Of a DNA stretch of 64,000 nt, positions 1 to 18,046 are shown piece after piece. Position 1 is the stretch's first letter, and the number at the start of each line of letters is the position of its first letter. The position numbers and the translations under genes are program-made. Source of the stretch: Acidimicrobiia bacterium (GTDB taxonomy: Bacteria > Actinomycetota > Acidimicrobiia > IMCC26256 > JBMOIJ01); contig JBMOIJ010000001.1 of assembly GCA_049317385.1 (NCBI GenBank), positions 468-64,467 on the forward strand, given 5' to 3'. The notes beneath the pieces were generated by a model. That model was not told the DNA's origin. It saw nothing but the letters and a program-made list of their open reading frames with translations, and ran no database searches.

Positions 1-76
1 GACGGGTCTTGTACGCGCTCCGGCGGTAGTGCTTGAGCACCGCGCGCGCTTGGGGACGTTCAGTCACAACAGCCAT
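1..76 (-). CDS. rplV: 50S ribosomal protein L22, 5' end only (continues past window start)
   Basis: Minus-strand ATG at 74-76. My translation is MAVVTERPQARAVLKHYRRSAYKTR. It lies 3 nt downstream of the rpsS stop, the normal S10-operon position. Confidence 0.6.
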   Translation of the reverse strand, partial: MAVVTERPQARAVLKHYRRSAYKTR

Positions 77-79
77 CAG

Positions 80-358
80 TTACCGCCGGCTCGACTTCTC
101 TTGTCCGGCGTGGAACTTGAAGGTGCGGGTCGGCGAGAACTCGCCGAGCTTGTGCCCCACCATTGATTCACTGATGAACACCGGAACGTGCTTGCGACCG
201 TCGTGTACCGCAATCGTGTGTCCGACCATGTCGGGGATGATCGTGGAACGACGCGACCACGTCTTGATGACCTTCTTCTCGTTCGCCTCGTTCAATGCGT
301 CGACCTTCTTCATGAGATGGTCGTCGACGAACGGCCCCTTCTTCAGGCTGCGCGGCAT
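80..358 (-). CDS. rpsS: 30S ribosomal protein S19
   Basis: 92-aa [18 protein letters not shown]...[16 protein letters not shown], the typical S19 sequence. It sits between rplB and rplV. Confidence 0.95.
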   Translation of the reverse strand: MPRSLKKGPFVDDHLMKKVDALNEANEKKVIKTWSRRSTIIPDMVGHTIAVHDGRKHVPVFISESMVGHKLGEFSPTRTFKFHAGQEKSSRR

Positions 359-361
359 CGA

Positions 362-1198
362 TTACCTCCGAGCGCCGCGGCCACGACGGCGGCGGACGAT
401 CAACTTGTCGGACGGCTTGCCCTTCTTTCGGGTACGGCCTTCGGGTTTGCCCCACGGCGAGACCGGGTGACGACCACCCGAGGTCTTGCCTTCTCCACCA
501 CCGAGCGGGTGGTCGACCGGGTTCATTGCCACACCACGGGTCTGGGGACGCTTGCCCTTCCAGCGGTTACGGCCGGCCTTCCCGATCTTGATCAGAGAAG
601 CCTCGGCGTTGCCGACTTCACCCACGGTGCCACGGCAGTCGATGGACACCCGGCGCATTTCCGTGGACGGCAGGCGCAAGGTGGCGAAGTCGCCTTCCTT
701 GGCCACCAGCTGGATGGCTGAACCGGCCCCGCGACCGAGCTTGCCGCCGGCACCCGGCTTCAGCTCGACATTGTGCACGACGGTACCGACCGGGATGTAG
801 CGCAGCGGCAGCGCGTTCCCGGGACGGATGTCGGACCCGCGACCGCTCTGCAGCATGTCGCCAACCGAAATGTCCTTCGGAGCGAGGATGTAGCGCTTCT
901 CGCCGTCGAGGTAGTGGAGCAGCGCAATACGAGCGTTGCGGTTCGGGTCGTACTCGATGGTTGCGACCTTGGCCGGCACGCCGTCCTTGTTCCGCTTGAA
1001 GTCGATGATGCGGTACTTCTGCTTGTGACCACCACCGCGGTGACGCGAGGTCTTGCGACCGTAGACGTTGCGACCACCGGACTTCGGCTTGGGACGCGTG
1101 AGCGACTTCTCGGGCTCCGACCGCGTGATCTCGCGGAAGTCGGAGCTCGACTGGAACCGTCGCCCGGCGCTGGTGGGCTTGCGCTTACGAATGCCCAT
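362..1198 (-). CDS. rplB: 50S ribosomal protein L2
   Basis: 278-aa [18 protein letters not shown]...[26 protein letters not shown], carrying L2 signatures. Confidence 0.95.
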   Translation of the reverse strand: MGIRKRKPTSAGRRFQSSSDFREITRSEPEKSLTRPKPKSGGRNVYGRKTSRHRGGGHKQKYRIIDFKRNKDGVPAKVATIEYDPNRNARIALLHYLDGEKRYILAPKDISVGDMLQSGRGSDIRPGNALPLRYIPVGTVVHNVELKPGAGGKLGRGAGSAIQLVAKEGDFATLRLPSTEMRRVSIDCRGTVGEVGNAEASLIKIGKAGRNRWKGKRPQTRGVAMNPVDHPLGGGEGKTSGGRHPVSPWGKPEGRTRKKGKPSDKLIVRRRRGRGARR

Positions 1199-1204
1199 GA
1201 TTCA

Positions 1205-1528
1205 TCAGCCCCCGAGGATGTCGATCTTCTGGCCCGGAGCGAGCGTGACGATGGCGCGCTTCTGCGAAGCGAGCGTCGACATGCCTCCGGTGCGGCGGTT
1301 GCGACGTCGCTTGCCCTTGCGGTTGAGCGTCTTCACACTCGCGACACGCACTTCGAAAATGGTTTCGACGGCCTGCTTGATCTCGATCTTGTTGGCGTCG
1401 CGGCTGACGACGAACGTGTACACGTTGTCGTCCATCGCGGCGTACGACTTCTCGGAGATCACCGGTCGCACGATTACGCTGCGCAGACGTGCGAGGTTGC
1501 GCAGCCGGTCGAGTTCGTTGCCAGCCAT
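1205..1528 (-). CDS. rplW: 50S ribosomal protein L23
   Basis: 107-aa ORF with ...VIVRPVISEKSY...YTFVV...ANKIEIKQAVE. It sits between rplD and rplB. Confidence 0.9.
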   Translation of the reverse strand: MAGNELDRLRNLARLRSVIVRPVISEKSYAAMDDNVYTFVVSRDANKIEIKQAVETIFEVRVASVKTLNRKGKRRRNRRTGGMSTLASQKRAIVTLAPGQKIDILGG

Positions 1529-2208
1529 CAGGCGTCCTCCCCGTTTCCGGTGAAGCGCGCCAACGTGGCGTCGAGCGTGGTCCTGGAGAACACGATCCAG
1601 TCGTTGACCAGCACGTCGTACGCGTTGAGTTCACGCGGCAAGATCAATTGCACGTACTCGCCGAGGTTGCGGAACGAAAGCCACACCGCTTCTTCGGTGT
1701 TGTCGACCACGATCAACACGCGGTCTTCACGCTCGCCCTTCGTGCGCAGACCAAGCGACTGCAGAATTTGGAGCGCCTGCTTCGTCTTGGGCTCGCTGAT
1801 ACCCCAGTCGTCGACCACGACGACCCGCTCGCTGGCCGCCCGGTCGGACAGTGCCGAACGCAATGCGAGCGACACCATCTTCTTGGGGGTTTTCTGCGAG
1901 TAGTCACGCGGCTTCGGGCCGTGTGCAATGCCGCCGCCGCGCCAGATGGGCGAACGGCTCGAACCGGCACGAGCACGGCCGGTGCCCTTCTGCTTCCACG
2001 GCTTGGCTCCACCACCGCTGACCTCGGCCCGCGTCTTGGTGGAGTGCGTTCCCGCACGCTTCGCGGCGAGCTGCGCCGTGACGACCTGGTGCATCACCGG
2101 GATGTTGGGCTCGAGGCCGAACACGTCGCCCGGAAGCTGCACGTCGCCGGCCGCTGCGCCCTTGGTGTTCTTCACCGCCAGCTTCACTGCTTCGCCCGAT
2201 GCGCTCAT
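1528..2208 (-). CDS. rplD: 50S ribosomal protein L4
   Basis: 226-aa ORF with ...[35 protein letters not shown]. Its stop overlaps the rplW start. Confidence 0.95.
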   Translation of the reverse strand: MSASGEAVKLAVKNTKGAAAGDVQLPGDVFGLEPNIPVMHQVVTAQLAAKRAGTHSTKTRAEVSGGGAKPWKQKGTGRARAGSSRSPIWRGGGIAHGPKPRDYSQKTPKKMVSLALRSALSDRAASERVVVVDDWGISEPKTKQALQILQSLGLRTKGEREDRVLIVVDNTEEAVWLSFRNLGEYVQLILPRELNAYDVLVNDWIVFSRTTLDATLARFTGNGEDA

Positions 2209-2864
2209 GACCCGCTCCCCGACTTGCTGGGCAGCTTGGCGGCGTTGCGCAACAACACCACGCCACCGATGGGACCCGGCACCGAGCCACGCACGAGCAA
2301 CAAGTTGCGCTCGGCGTCGGCTTCGACGATCTCGAGGTTCAGCGTGGTGGTCTTCACGTTGCCGTACTGACCCGCCATGCGCACGCCCTTGAAGACACGT
2401 GCCGGAGTGGCGCAGGCACCGATCGAACCCGGCGCACGGTGGTGCTTGTGGTTACCGTGCGACGCGCCCTGGCCCTTGAAGTTGTGACGCTTCATGCCAC
2501 CGGCAAAGCCCTTGCCCTTGCTGATGCCGGTGACGTCAACGCGCTCACCCTTTTCGAACACGTCGGCCGAGATCACCTGGCCGAGTTCGAAGGACGAGGT
2601 GTCGTCGACACGCAGCTCGGCGAGGTGCTTCGACGCCGGCACGTTCGCCTTGGCGAGGTGACCGAACTTGGCCTTCGTGAGGCGGCTCGGCTTCGTTTCG
2701 TCGAACGCAAGTTGCACGGCGGTGTACCCGTCGCGTTCCGCAGTCTTCACTTGGGCGATGTGGCAGGGCCCGGCTTGGATGACGGTGACCGGTATCACCC
2801 GGTTCTGCCCATCCCACACCTGGGTCATGCCGAGCTTGCGCCCGAGGATGCCCTTACTGGCCAT
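2205..2864 (-). CDS. rplC: 50S ribosomal protein L3
   Basis: The track ORF 2205-3149 is trimmed to the ATG at 2862-2864, which gives [18 protein letters not shown], a canonical L3 N-terminus. AAGGAA precedes the start. Confidence 0.9.
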   Translation of the reverse strand: MASKGILGRKLGMTQVWDGQNRVIPVTVIQAGPCHIAQVKTAERDGYTAVQLAFDETKPSRLTKAKFGHLAKANVPASKHLAELRVDDTSSFELGQVISADVFEKGERVDVTGISKGKGFAGGMKRHNFKGQGASHGNHKHHRAPGSIGACATPARVFKGVRMAGQYGNVKTTTLNLEIVEADAERNLLLVRGSVPGPIGGVVLLRNAAKLPSKSGSGS

Positions 2865-3174
2865 CGTGGTTCCTTGTCCGGTGGCGCATCGGGGTGCGCC
2901 GCACGCGAACGCTCCGCCACTGCAGAGTGCGCAGTGAGCGGAGCGTGGATTCGGTTGTGCCGTCTGGTACCGGACCGAACCGGCCTGGACGGACGTCGTT
3001 TGCGAACTTGTTGACGCGCCACAGCCGGGGCCGGGGCACGGGGACCAAATCGTAGCCGCTCGAGCCGCCGGCGCCAAACGGGCCGGCTCCGCATCGATGC
3101 GAGTGCGGTGCCCTCGAACGAGAGCGGCCGGCCCGCAGGCCGGCCGCATCAGGATTCAGAACCCGCAGCTGGGA
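2865..3174 (-). promoter_or_regulatory. 310-nt structured non-coding spacer between rpsJ and rplC
   Basis: Three hairpins seen in the spacer. One has a 14-bp bulged stem (2910-2945). A second, GGCGCA/TGCGCC, lies just before the rplC SD (2883-2900). A third is listed separately at 3124-3147. The only ORFs here are high-GC artefact frames. Confidence 0.5.
3124..3147 (-). terminator. GC-rich hairpin directly after rpsJ (terminator/attenuator-like)
   Basis: Stem GCGGCCGGCC, loop of 4 nt, stem GGCCGGCCGC, about 28 nt downstream of the rpsJ stop. On the minus strand it is followed by TCTCGTT, a weak U-tract. Confidence 0.4.
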
Positions 3175-3498
3175 TCAGACCTGCTGGATCTTGATCTCGA
3201 TGTCGACGCCTGCCGGCAGGTCGAGCCGCTGGAGCGACTCCACCGTCTTGCCGGTGGGCTCGACGATGTCGAGCAGACGCTTGTGGATACGCATCTCGAA
3301 GTGCTCTCGCGAGTCCTTGTCGACGTGCGGTCCACGGATCACGCACACACGGTGAATCTCGGTCGGCAACGGAACCGGGCCCCGCACCTTCGCCTGCGTC
3401 CGCACGACCGTCTCGACGATCTTCTTCGTCGACTGGTCGATGATCTCGTGGTCGTAGGCCTTGAGACGGATCCGAATCTTTTGCCCTGGAGCAGCCAT
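3175..3498 (-). CDS. rpsJ: 30S ribosomal protein S10
   Basis: The ORF is trimmed to the ATG at 3496-3498, giving [23 protein letters not shown]...RLLDIV, typical of S10. It lies 19 nt downstream of the tuf stop. Confidence 0.93.
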   Translation of the reverse strand: MAAPGQKIRIRLKAYDHEIIDQSTKKIVETVVRTQAKVRGPVPLPTEIHRVCVIRGPHVDKDSREHFEMRIHKRLLDIVEPTGKTVESLQRLDLPAGVDIEIKIQQV

Positions 3499-3517
3499 GT
3501 AAGTGATCGCGCCTTCG

Positions 3518-4708
<1,191 letters not shown>

Positions 4709-4733
4709 CGGATTTCGCTCCTTACGTATGGTC

Positions 4734-4777
4734 GTCGTTGCGGCTCGGCAGGTTACCTGCCTCGCTTCCGCAACGAC
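4734..4777 (-). promoter_or_regulatory. Composite stem-loop in the fusA-tuf spacer
   Basis: The outer 10-bp stem is GTCGTTGCGG/CCGCAACGAC. It encloses an inner hairpin, GGCAGG-3nt-CCTGCC. TAAGGAG (the tuf SD) follows on the minus strand. Confidence 0.45.
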
Positions 4778-4815
4778 TCCGATTGTTGATAAACGGGGGG
4801 ATTCGGACGGCCGCG

Positions 4816-6924
4816 CTACTCGCCGCGAGCCTTGGCGATGATTTCTTGCGAGACCGACTCGGGTACCTGTTGGTAGGAGTCGAACTGCATCGTGTAGGTC
4901 GCGCGCCCTTGGGTACGTGACCGAAGGTCGGTAGCGTACCCGAACATTTCCGACAGCGGCACGTAGGCCCGAATGGTCTGCGCGTTGCCCCGCTGCTCCA
5001 TGCCCTCGACGCGGCCACGGCGAGAGTTCAAGTCGCCGATGACGTCGCCCATGTAGTCCTCGGGGGTGACCACTTCGACCGCCATGATCGGCTCGAGGAT
5101 GACCGGCTTGGCCATGCGGACGGCTTCCTTGAAGCCCATGGAACCCGCGGTACGGAAGGCCATTTCCGAGGAGTCGACCTCGTGGTACCCACCGTCGGTG
5201 AGGGTCACCTTCACGTCGACCACCGGGAAGCCGGCCAGCACACCCGTGCCCATGGCCTGCTCCACGCCGACGCCCACGGCCGGGATGTATTCCTTGGGCA
5301 CACGACCACCGGTGACGGAGTCGCCGAACTCGTAGCCGTTGCCGGCGCCCGCCGGCTCGAGGTCGAGCACGATCTTGGCGAACTGCCCCGAACCACCCGT
5401 CTGCTTCTTGTGCACGTAGGTGTGGCCCTTCACCGGCGAGGTGATGGTCTCGCGGTAGGCGACCTGCGGCTTGCCGACGTTGGCTTCCACGCCGAACTCG
5501 CGCATCATGCGGTCGACGAGCACCTCGAGGTGGAGCTCGCCCATGCCCTCGATGATGGTCTGGCCGGTCTCTTCGTCGGTGTGGACCCGGAAGGTGGGGT
5601 CTTCATCGGAAAGCGACGCCAACGCCTTGCCCAGCTTGTCCTGGTCGTTCTTGGTCTTGGGCTCCACCGCCACCGAGATGACCGGCTCAGGGAACTCCAT
5701 CTTTTCGAGGATGATCTGGCCCTCTTTGAAGCAAAGCGTGTCACCAGTGGTGGTCTGCTTGAAGCCGATGCCCGCCACGATGTCGCCGGCGTACGCCACG
5801 TCGATGTCTTCGCGGTGGTTGGCGTGCATGCGAAGGATGCGACCGATGCGCTCCTTCTTGTCCTTGGTGGAGTTGAGGACTTCCGAGCCCTTCTCGAGCT
5901 TGCCCGAGTAGATGCGGAAGTAGGTGAGCTTGCCGTGCGGGTCGGCCACGATCTTGAACGCCAGCGCACTGAACGGCTCGCGCACGTCGGCGTGACGCTC
6001 GATGGGCGCACCGGTCTTAGGGTCGGAACCCACGATGGCCGGAATGTCGAGCGGGCTCGGCAAGAAGTCGACCACTGCGTCGAGCATGGGCTGCACGCCC
6101 TTGTTCTTGAATGCCGAGCCACACAGCACCGGCACGAACTCGCCGGCGATGGTGCCCTTGCGAATGGCGTGCTTCACGTCGTCGCCGGTGAGTTCCTCGT
6201 CGGCGAGGTACTTCTCCATGATGTCTTCGTCGGCGGCGGCCACGAGGTCGATCAGTTCGTGGCGGTACTCGTCGGCCTGCGCTTTGAGGTCGTCGGGGAT
6301 GTCGGTGACCTCGAACTTCGCACCCTCTTCCTTGTCGTCGATGGGCCACACGATGGCCTTCATCTGGACGAGGTCGACGATGCCGCGGAAGTCGCCTTCG
6401 GCGCCGATGGGCAGGTTGATGACTGCCGGCGTCGCGTCGAGACGATCCTTGATCATGTCGACACAACGAAAGAAGTCCGCACCAGTGCGGTCCATCTTGT
6501 TCACGAAGCAGAAGCGTGGGACGTTGTACTTGTTGGCCTGGCGCCACACCGTTTCGGACTGCGGCTCCACACCGGCAACCGCGTCGAACACCGCAACTGC
6601 GCCGTCGAGGACGCGCAAGCTGCGCTCCACCTCGACGGTGAAGTCGACGTGACCCGGCGTGTCGATGATGTTGATTTCGTGACCGTCCCACTGACAGGTG
6701 GTGGCCGCCGAGGTGATGGTGATGCCGCGCTCTTGCTCCTGGACCATGTGGTCCATGACCGCGCCACCCTCGTGCACTTCACCGATCTTGTAAGTGCGAC
6801 CGGTGTAGAAGAGGATGCGTTCGGTCGTGGTGGTCTTGCCCGCGTCGATGTGGGCCATGATCCCGATGTTGCGGGTTTGGTTGAGCGGGGTCTTGCGCCC
6901 GGCGCTCGCGGCGGCGTCAGCCAT
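4816..6924 (-). CDS. fusA: Elongation factor G
   Basis: 702-aa ORF ...[25 protein letters not shown]...DTPGHVDF. Confidence 0.98.
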   Translation of the reverse strand: MADAAASAGRKTPLNQTRNIGIMAHIDAGKTTTTERILFYTGRTYKIGEVHEGGAVMDHMVQEQERGITITSAATTCQWDGHEINIIDTPGHVDFTVEVERSLRVLDGAVAVFDAVAGVEPQSETVWRQANKYNVPRFCFVNKMDRTGADFFRCVDMIKDRLDATPAVINLPIGAEGDFRGIVDLVQMKAIVWPIDDKEEGAKFEVTDIPDDLKAQADEYRHELIDLVAAADEDIMEKYLADEELTGDDVKHAIRKGTIAGEFVPVLCGSAFKNKGVQPMLDAVVDFLPSPLDIPAIVGSDPKTGAPIERHADVREPFSALAFKIVADPHGKLTYFRIYSGKLEKGSEVLNSTKDKKERIGRILRMHANHREDIDVAYAGDIVAGIGFKQTTTGDTLCFKEGQIILEKMEFPEPVISVAVEPKTKNDQDKLGKALASLSDEDPTFRVHTDEETGQTIIEGMGELHLEVLVDRMMREFGVEANVGKPQVAYRETITSPVKGHTYVHKKQTGGSGQFAKIVLDLEPAGAGNGYEFGDSVTGGRVPKEYIPAVGVGVEQAMGTGVLAGFPVVDVKVTLTDGGYHEVDSSEMAFRTAGSMGFKEAVRMAKPVILEPIMAVEVVTPEDYMGDVIGDLNSRRGRVEGMEQRGNAQTIRAYVPLSEMFGYATDLRSRTQGRATYTMQFDSYQQVPESVSQEIIAKARGE

Positions 6925-6960
6925 TGAATGCCTCGTTCGTGAGTTGGAGTCGCGCGCCGC

Positions 6961-7431
6961 TTACCAGCGGTAGTGCGCGAAGGCCTTGTTGGACTCGGCC
7001 ATCTTCTGGAGGTCTTCCTTGCGCTTCATCGCGGCGCCGATGCCGTTGCTGGCGTCGAGCAGCTCGTTGGCAAGGCGTTCGGCCATCGTGCGCTCGCGAC
7101 GTTGCCGCGAGAACCCAACGATCCAGCGGACAGCCAGCGTGGTGGCCCGACGAGGACGCACCTCGACCGGCACCTGGTAGGTGGCGCCACCAACGCGACG
7201 GCTGCGCACTTCGAGCTCGGGGCGTACGTTCTCGACGGCGCGCTTCATGGTGGGAAGCGGGTCCGAACCCGTCTTCTCTTCGATGCGCTTCAGTGCGTCG
7301 TACACGATGCGTTGCGCCGTGGCGCCCTTGCCGCGCAGCAACACTTTGTTGATGAACTGCGTGACGATGACCGATCGGTAGATGGGGTCGGGTTGAAGTT
7401 CACGACGGGGAGCGGGACCCTTGCGCGGCAT
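6961..7431 (-). CDS. rpsG: 30S ribosomal protein S7
   Basis: 156-aa [21 protein letters not shown]...AFAHYRW. Confidence 0.95.
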   Translation of the reverse strand: MPRKGPAPRRELQPDPIYRSVIVTQFINKVLLRGKGATAQRIVYDALKRIEEKTGSDPLPTMKRAVENVRPELEVRSRRVGGATYQVPVEVRPRRATTLAVRWIVGFSRQRRERTMAERLANELLDASNGIGAAMKRKEDLQKMAESNKAFAHYRW

Positions 7432-7433
7432 GA

Positions 7434-7802
7434 TCAGCCCTTCTTCGCGCCGTAGCGACTACGGGCCTGCTTACGGTTGTTGACGCCACTCGCGTCGAGC
7501 GCGCCACGAATGATCTTGTAACGAACACCCGGCAGGTCCTTCACACGACCGCCACGCACCAACACGATGCTGTGCTCCTGGAGGTTGTGGCCTTCACCGG
7601 GGATGTAGGCCGTGACCTCGACGCCCGAGGTGAGCCGCACACGCGCGATCTTGCGCAACGCCGAGTTCGGCTTCTTCGGAGTGTGTGTACGCACCTGCGT
7701 GCACACCCCGCGACGCTGGGGCGAACCCTTGAGGGCAGGGGTCTTCGACTTGTCCTGCTTGGACTGGCGGCCCTTGCGGACCAGCTGCTGAATCGTGGGC
7801 AC
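7434..7802 (-). CDS. rpsL: 30S ribosomal protein S12
   Basis: The track ORF is trimmed to the GTG at 7800-7802, giving (V)[14 protein letters not shown]..., a canonical S12 N-terminus of 122 aa. TAGGAGC lies upstream. Confidence 0.9.
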   Translation of the reverse strand: MPTIQQLVRKGRQSKQDKSKTPALKGSPQRRGVCTQVRTHTPKKPNSALRKIARVRLTSGVEVTAYIPGEGHNLQEHSIVLVRGGRVKDLPGVRYKIIRGALDASGVNNRKQARSRYGAKKG

Positions 7803-7932
7803 GGTGCTCCTAAGGCACAGATCAATAAAAGAGTCGAACGCGAACGGGGGTCGAAGCGGCGCCCCGGAAGGCAGCCAACTCCTGCGCGACGCCCTGATGA
7901 CAACGCAACAGGGCGCAGAACGCCGGAGGGAA

Positions 7933-7961
7933 AGGATACGGATTTCTGCGACGTCCAGCAA
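7933..7961 (-). promoter_or_regulatory. Candidate sigma-A type promoter for rpsL-rpsG-fusA-tuf
   Basis: On the minus strand, TTGCTG, 17 nt, then TATCCT. It lies about 130 nt upstream of the rpsL start. Pattern match only. Confidence 0.3.
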
Positions 7962-8002
7962 ACGGGCCAGCCGTCGGGGCGATTTGCGGTGTTTACACGA
8001 TT

Positions 8003-8737
8003 TCAGTGATACCGCCCGGGCGCCAAGCTCGATCGCTCGCGTTCGGCCCGCATCGCCGTGGCCAACTCGACGACCCGTTGCCCCAGACCACCCAACGTGG
8101 CATCTGGGAGCCTGTCGAGCCGGGCGAACTGAGCAATCTCCACCTGCTCGTTCGCAACGCCGATACTGAGGACTGCAGCATTGCGAGCCGCACGCACGTC
8201 GAGAACGTTGCTGCTGACGTGGGCCAATACCGGCTGGCGAGGGTTCGCATCACCCACCGCGGCGGCCACGATCATGGGTCGCTCCACCCCATCACCGAAA
8301 CCACCGACCGAGAACCGTTCGGGTGCGAGACCCGCAGCCGCCAACCAGCGGGAGGCCACCGCCCGCGTGGCCCCGGACACCATGCCAAGCGCAAACCGCT
8401 CGGTCTCGGCCGCGTCGAGCACTTCCACCGCACCCGGGACCGCAACCACTTCCGCCCCGTCGGCGAGCAGCTCGGCCCACGCCGCATCGAGTGCGGCACC
8501 GTACTGCTGCGCGAAGCCCACTGGTGCTTTCGATCCGGTGAGGTAGTGCGCGATGCCCCACACCGTCTCGGGCAGCCGACGCTTGGCGCCCACGTCCCAC
8601 TCGATGACGCCCCGACCGCTGAGGTGAAGCGGGGTCGTGGCCCCCACCGCACGCAACGCACGACGATGGGCCTCGAGGTGCAGCGCCGGGTCGATGGACA
8701 CCAACGTGTCGTCGACGTCGAACGTGATCGTGAACAT
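8003..8737 (-). CDS. HAD-superfamily hydrolase
   Basis: The N-terminus [12 protein letters not shown] carries the DxDxT motif I. A later ...GDG...D region is also present. I prefer the ATG at 8735-8737 (AAGGAG 11 nt upstream). The longest ORF starts with GTG at 8749. Confidence 0.7.
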   Translation of the reverse strand: MFTITFDVDDTLVSIDPALHLEAHRRALRAVGATTPLHLSGRGVIEWDVGAKRRLPETVWGIAHYLTGSKAPVGFAQQYGAALDAAWAELLADGAEVVAVPGAVEVLDAAETERFALGMVSGATRAVASRWLAAAGLAPERFSVGGFGDGVERPMIVAAAVGDANPRQPVLAHVSSNVLDVRAARNAAVLSIGVANEQVEIAQFARLDRLPDATLGGLGQRVVELATAMRAERERSSLAPGRYH

Positions 8738-8756
8738 GTATTCCAACACTCCTTGT

Positions 8757-8788
8757 CGGAAAGAAGGCCCCGCCGAAGCGGGGCCTTC
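8757..8788 (-). terminator. Intrinsic terminator-like hairpin after rpoC
   Basis: The stem is a perfect 11 bp, GAAGGCCCCGC/GCGGGGCCTTC. The tetraloop is TTCG on the minus strand, followed by TTT. It lies about 26 nt downstream of the rpoC stop. Confidence 0.65.
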
Positions 8789-8813
8789 AATGATTCACCG
8801 ACGGGCAGCCCGT

Positions 8814-12971
<4,158 letters not shown>

Positions 12972-12991
12972 TGAGTTCCTCGATCCCCTGA

Positions 12992-16474
<3,483 letters not shown>

Positions 16475-16740
16475 GGTCACTCCTTCGCCAAAGCGGACGA
16501 TGGGGACGGGCAAGGACCGCGCTCGAAGCCCGCGCGACGCGCGGGACGGCGTAACAGGGAAAACACGCGAGTGTTCAGCGGGCGTACGGGCAGGGAGACA
16601 CGGCGAGGCCGAGCCTAGCTGGCGCCAAGCCCGGTCGCAAACAGTGTCTCCGCCTCTCAGCCCGGGACGGGGCCCACGAGGGGCCGACCCGTTTCGAGTG
16701 GCCGCAGGGTACGACGGGACCCCCGAGAGGTCAATCACCT

Positions 16741-16780
16741 GAACGCAAAAGATCCCGGGCTCAACCCGGGATCTTTGCGT
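16741..16780 (-). terminator. rplL-rpoB intergenic terminator/attenuator
   Basis: On the minus strand, AAAGATCCCGGG-TTGAG-CCCGGGATCTTTT followed by GCGTT. It lies 15-20 nt downstream of the rplL stop, the classical attenuator position. Confidence 0.75.
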
Positions 16781-16794
16781 CGGAATACGACAAA

Positions 16795-17190
16795 TTACTT
16801 GAGTTCGATGGTTGCGCCGGCTTCTTCCAGCTTGGCCTTGGCCGCTTCGGCGTCTTCCTTGGAAACTTTCTCGAGGACCGGCTTGGGAGCACCCTCGACG
16901 AGGTCCTTGGCTTCCTTCAGGCCCAGGCCCGACACGATTTCTCGCACAACCTTGATGACCTGGATCTTCTTGTCGCCAGCGGCGGCGAGGATCACGTCGA
17001 ATTCATCCTTTTCTTCGGCCGCACCGGCGTCGCCGCCACCGGCAACGGCGCCGGGGGCAACGGCCATCACGGCGGCCGGGGCCGCGGCAGTGACGTCGAA
17101 GGTCTCTTCGAACTTGGTCTTGAACTCGGAGAGTTCGAGAAGGGTCATGCCCTTGAACGCTTCGATCAGTTCATCGGTGCTGATAGCCAT
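16795..17190 (-). CDS. rplL: 50S ribosomal protein L7/L12
   Basis: 131-aa [26 protein letters not shown]...[40 protein letters not shown]. Confidence 0.97.
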   Translation of the reverse strand: MAISTDELIEAFKGMTLLELSEFKTKFEETFDVTAAAPAAVMAVAPGAVAGGGDAGAAEEKDEFDVILAAAGDKKIQVIKVVREIVSGLGLKEAKDLVEGAPKPVLEKVSKEDAEAAKAKLEEAGATIELK

Positions 17191-17224
17191 TGCTGTTTCG
17201 CTCCTGGTTTTGCGATCTGGGGAA

Positions 17225-17785
17225 TTACTCGGATTCGGTTGCTTCGCCGCTCTGCTCGCGCTTTTCGATCAGCGCGTTCACGGCGTAGAGCACGTTGCGC
17301 GCGCTGCCTTCGAGAAGCGACGCCATCTGCGACAGCGGCGCCTCGAAAAGGCCGGCGATCTGACTGAGGAGCACTTCGCGCGACGGCAGGTCGGCGAGGG
17401 CCTCGATCTCTTTGGGGGTGACGGCTTTGTCACCGAGGATGCCGCCCTTGAGTACGAACGCGTCGTTGCTCTTGGCGAATTCCTTCATGGCCTTGGCGGC
17501 CGCCGCGATGTCGCCCTTCACAAAGGCGATCGCAGTGGGACCTTCCAGGAACTGGACGAGGTCGGTGGCCCCGACTTCCTCGACCGCCCGGCGGGCCAGG
17601 GTGTTCTTGAAGACCTTGTACTCGGTCTCGCTGGGGCGCAGCGCCGCCCGCAGCTCGGCCAGCGCCGTCACCGAGAGGCCGCGGTACTCGGTCAGCACCG
17701 CAGCTTCGGACTCGCCGAGCTTGGTGCGGATCTCGTCGACCGCCGCTTCCTTGGTGGCGCGAGCCTCAAGGGCTGTTTTCGCCAT
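17225..17785 (-). CDS. rplJ: 50S ribosomal protein L10
   Basis: Trimmed to the ATG at 17783-17785, giving [23 protein letters not shown]...LTEYRGLSV. It lies upstream of rplL. Confidence 0.9.
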   Translation of the reverse strand: MAKTALEARATKEAAVDEIRTKLGESEAAVLTEYRGLSVTALAELRAALRPSETEYKVFKNTLARRAVEEVGATDLVQFLEGPTAIAFVKGDIAAAAKAMKEFAKSNDAFVLKGGILGDKAVTPKEIEALADLPSREVLLSQIAGLFEAPLSQMASLLEGSARNVLYAVNALIEKREQSGEATESE

Positions 17786-18046
17786 GGGTGGTTCCAGTCT
17801 CCCGTTCAACGTTCTGGTCGGGGCCTCGACCCAGAGGGAGGCACCACGCGACCGCCGCAGCTCAGCGCTGCACCCGACGCAGGAGCCACCTCGTTCGGCG
17901 GGGCAGGAGCCCCATTACCTCGCCACACCTGAGGGGTGGAGAGACCGAAGGTCTTCGGCGCTCGATTGCGGAACGAGAAGCTAGCAGGCCGGTCCAGCCC
18001 CCGTCACCAGCGGATTCGGCACCGGGCCGAATCGTGCGGCGCGGGG
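17786..18046 (-). promoter_or_regulatory. rplJ 5' leader/promoter region (possible L10 autoregulatory leader)
   Basis: A 261-nt non-coding gap upstream of rplJ with small hairpins: AGACC-3nt-GGTCT at 17942-17954 and ATTCGGC-5nt-GCCGAAT near 18013-18031. The role is assigned by position only. Confidence 0.3.

Noticed and set aside
16475-16738. N-terminal extensions in longest-ORF calls: rpoB by 86-88 codons, rplC at 2865-3149, rplK at 20394-20603, acs at 33736-33954, rpsL at 7803-7961, and the MBL gene at 28021-28182.
   Set aside because: The extensions are Arg/Pro/Gly-rich and lack family conservation. Some cross hairpins or terminators. Internal starts give canonical N-termini with SD sequences or stop/start overlaps.
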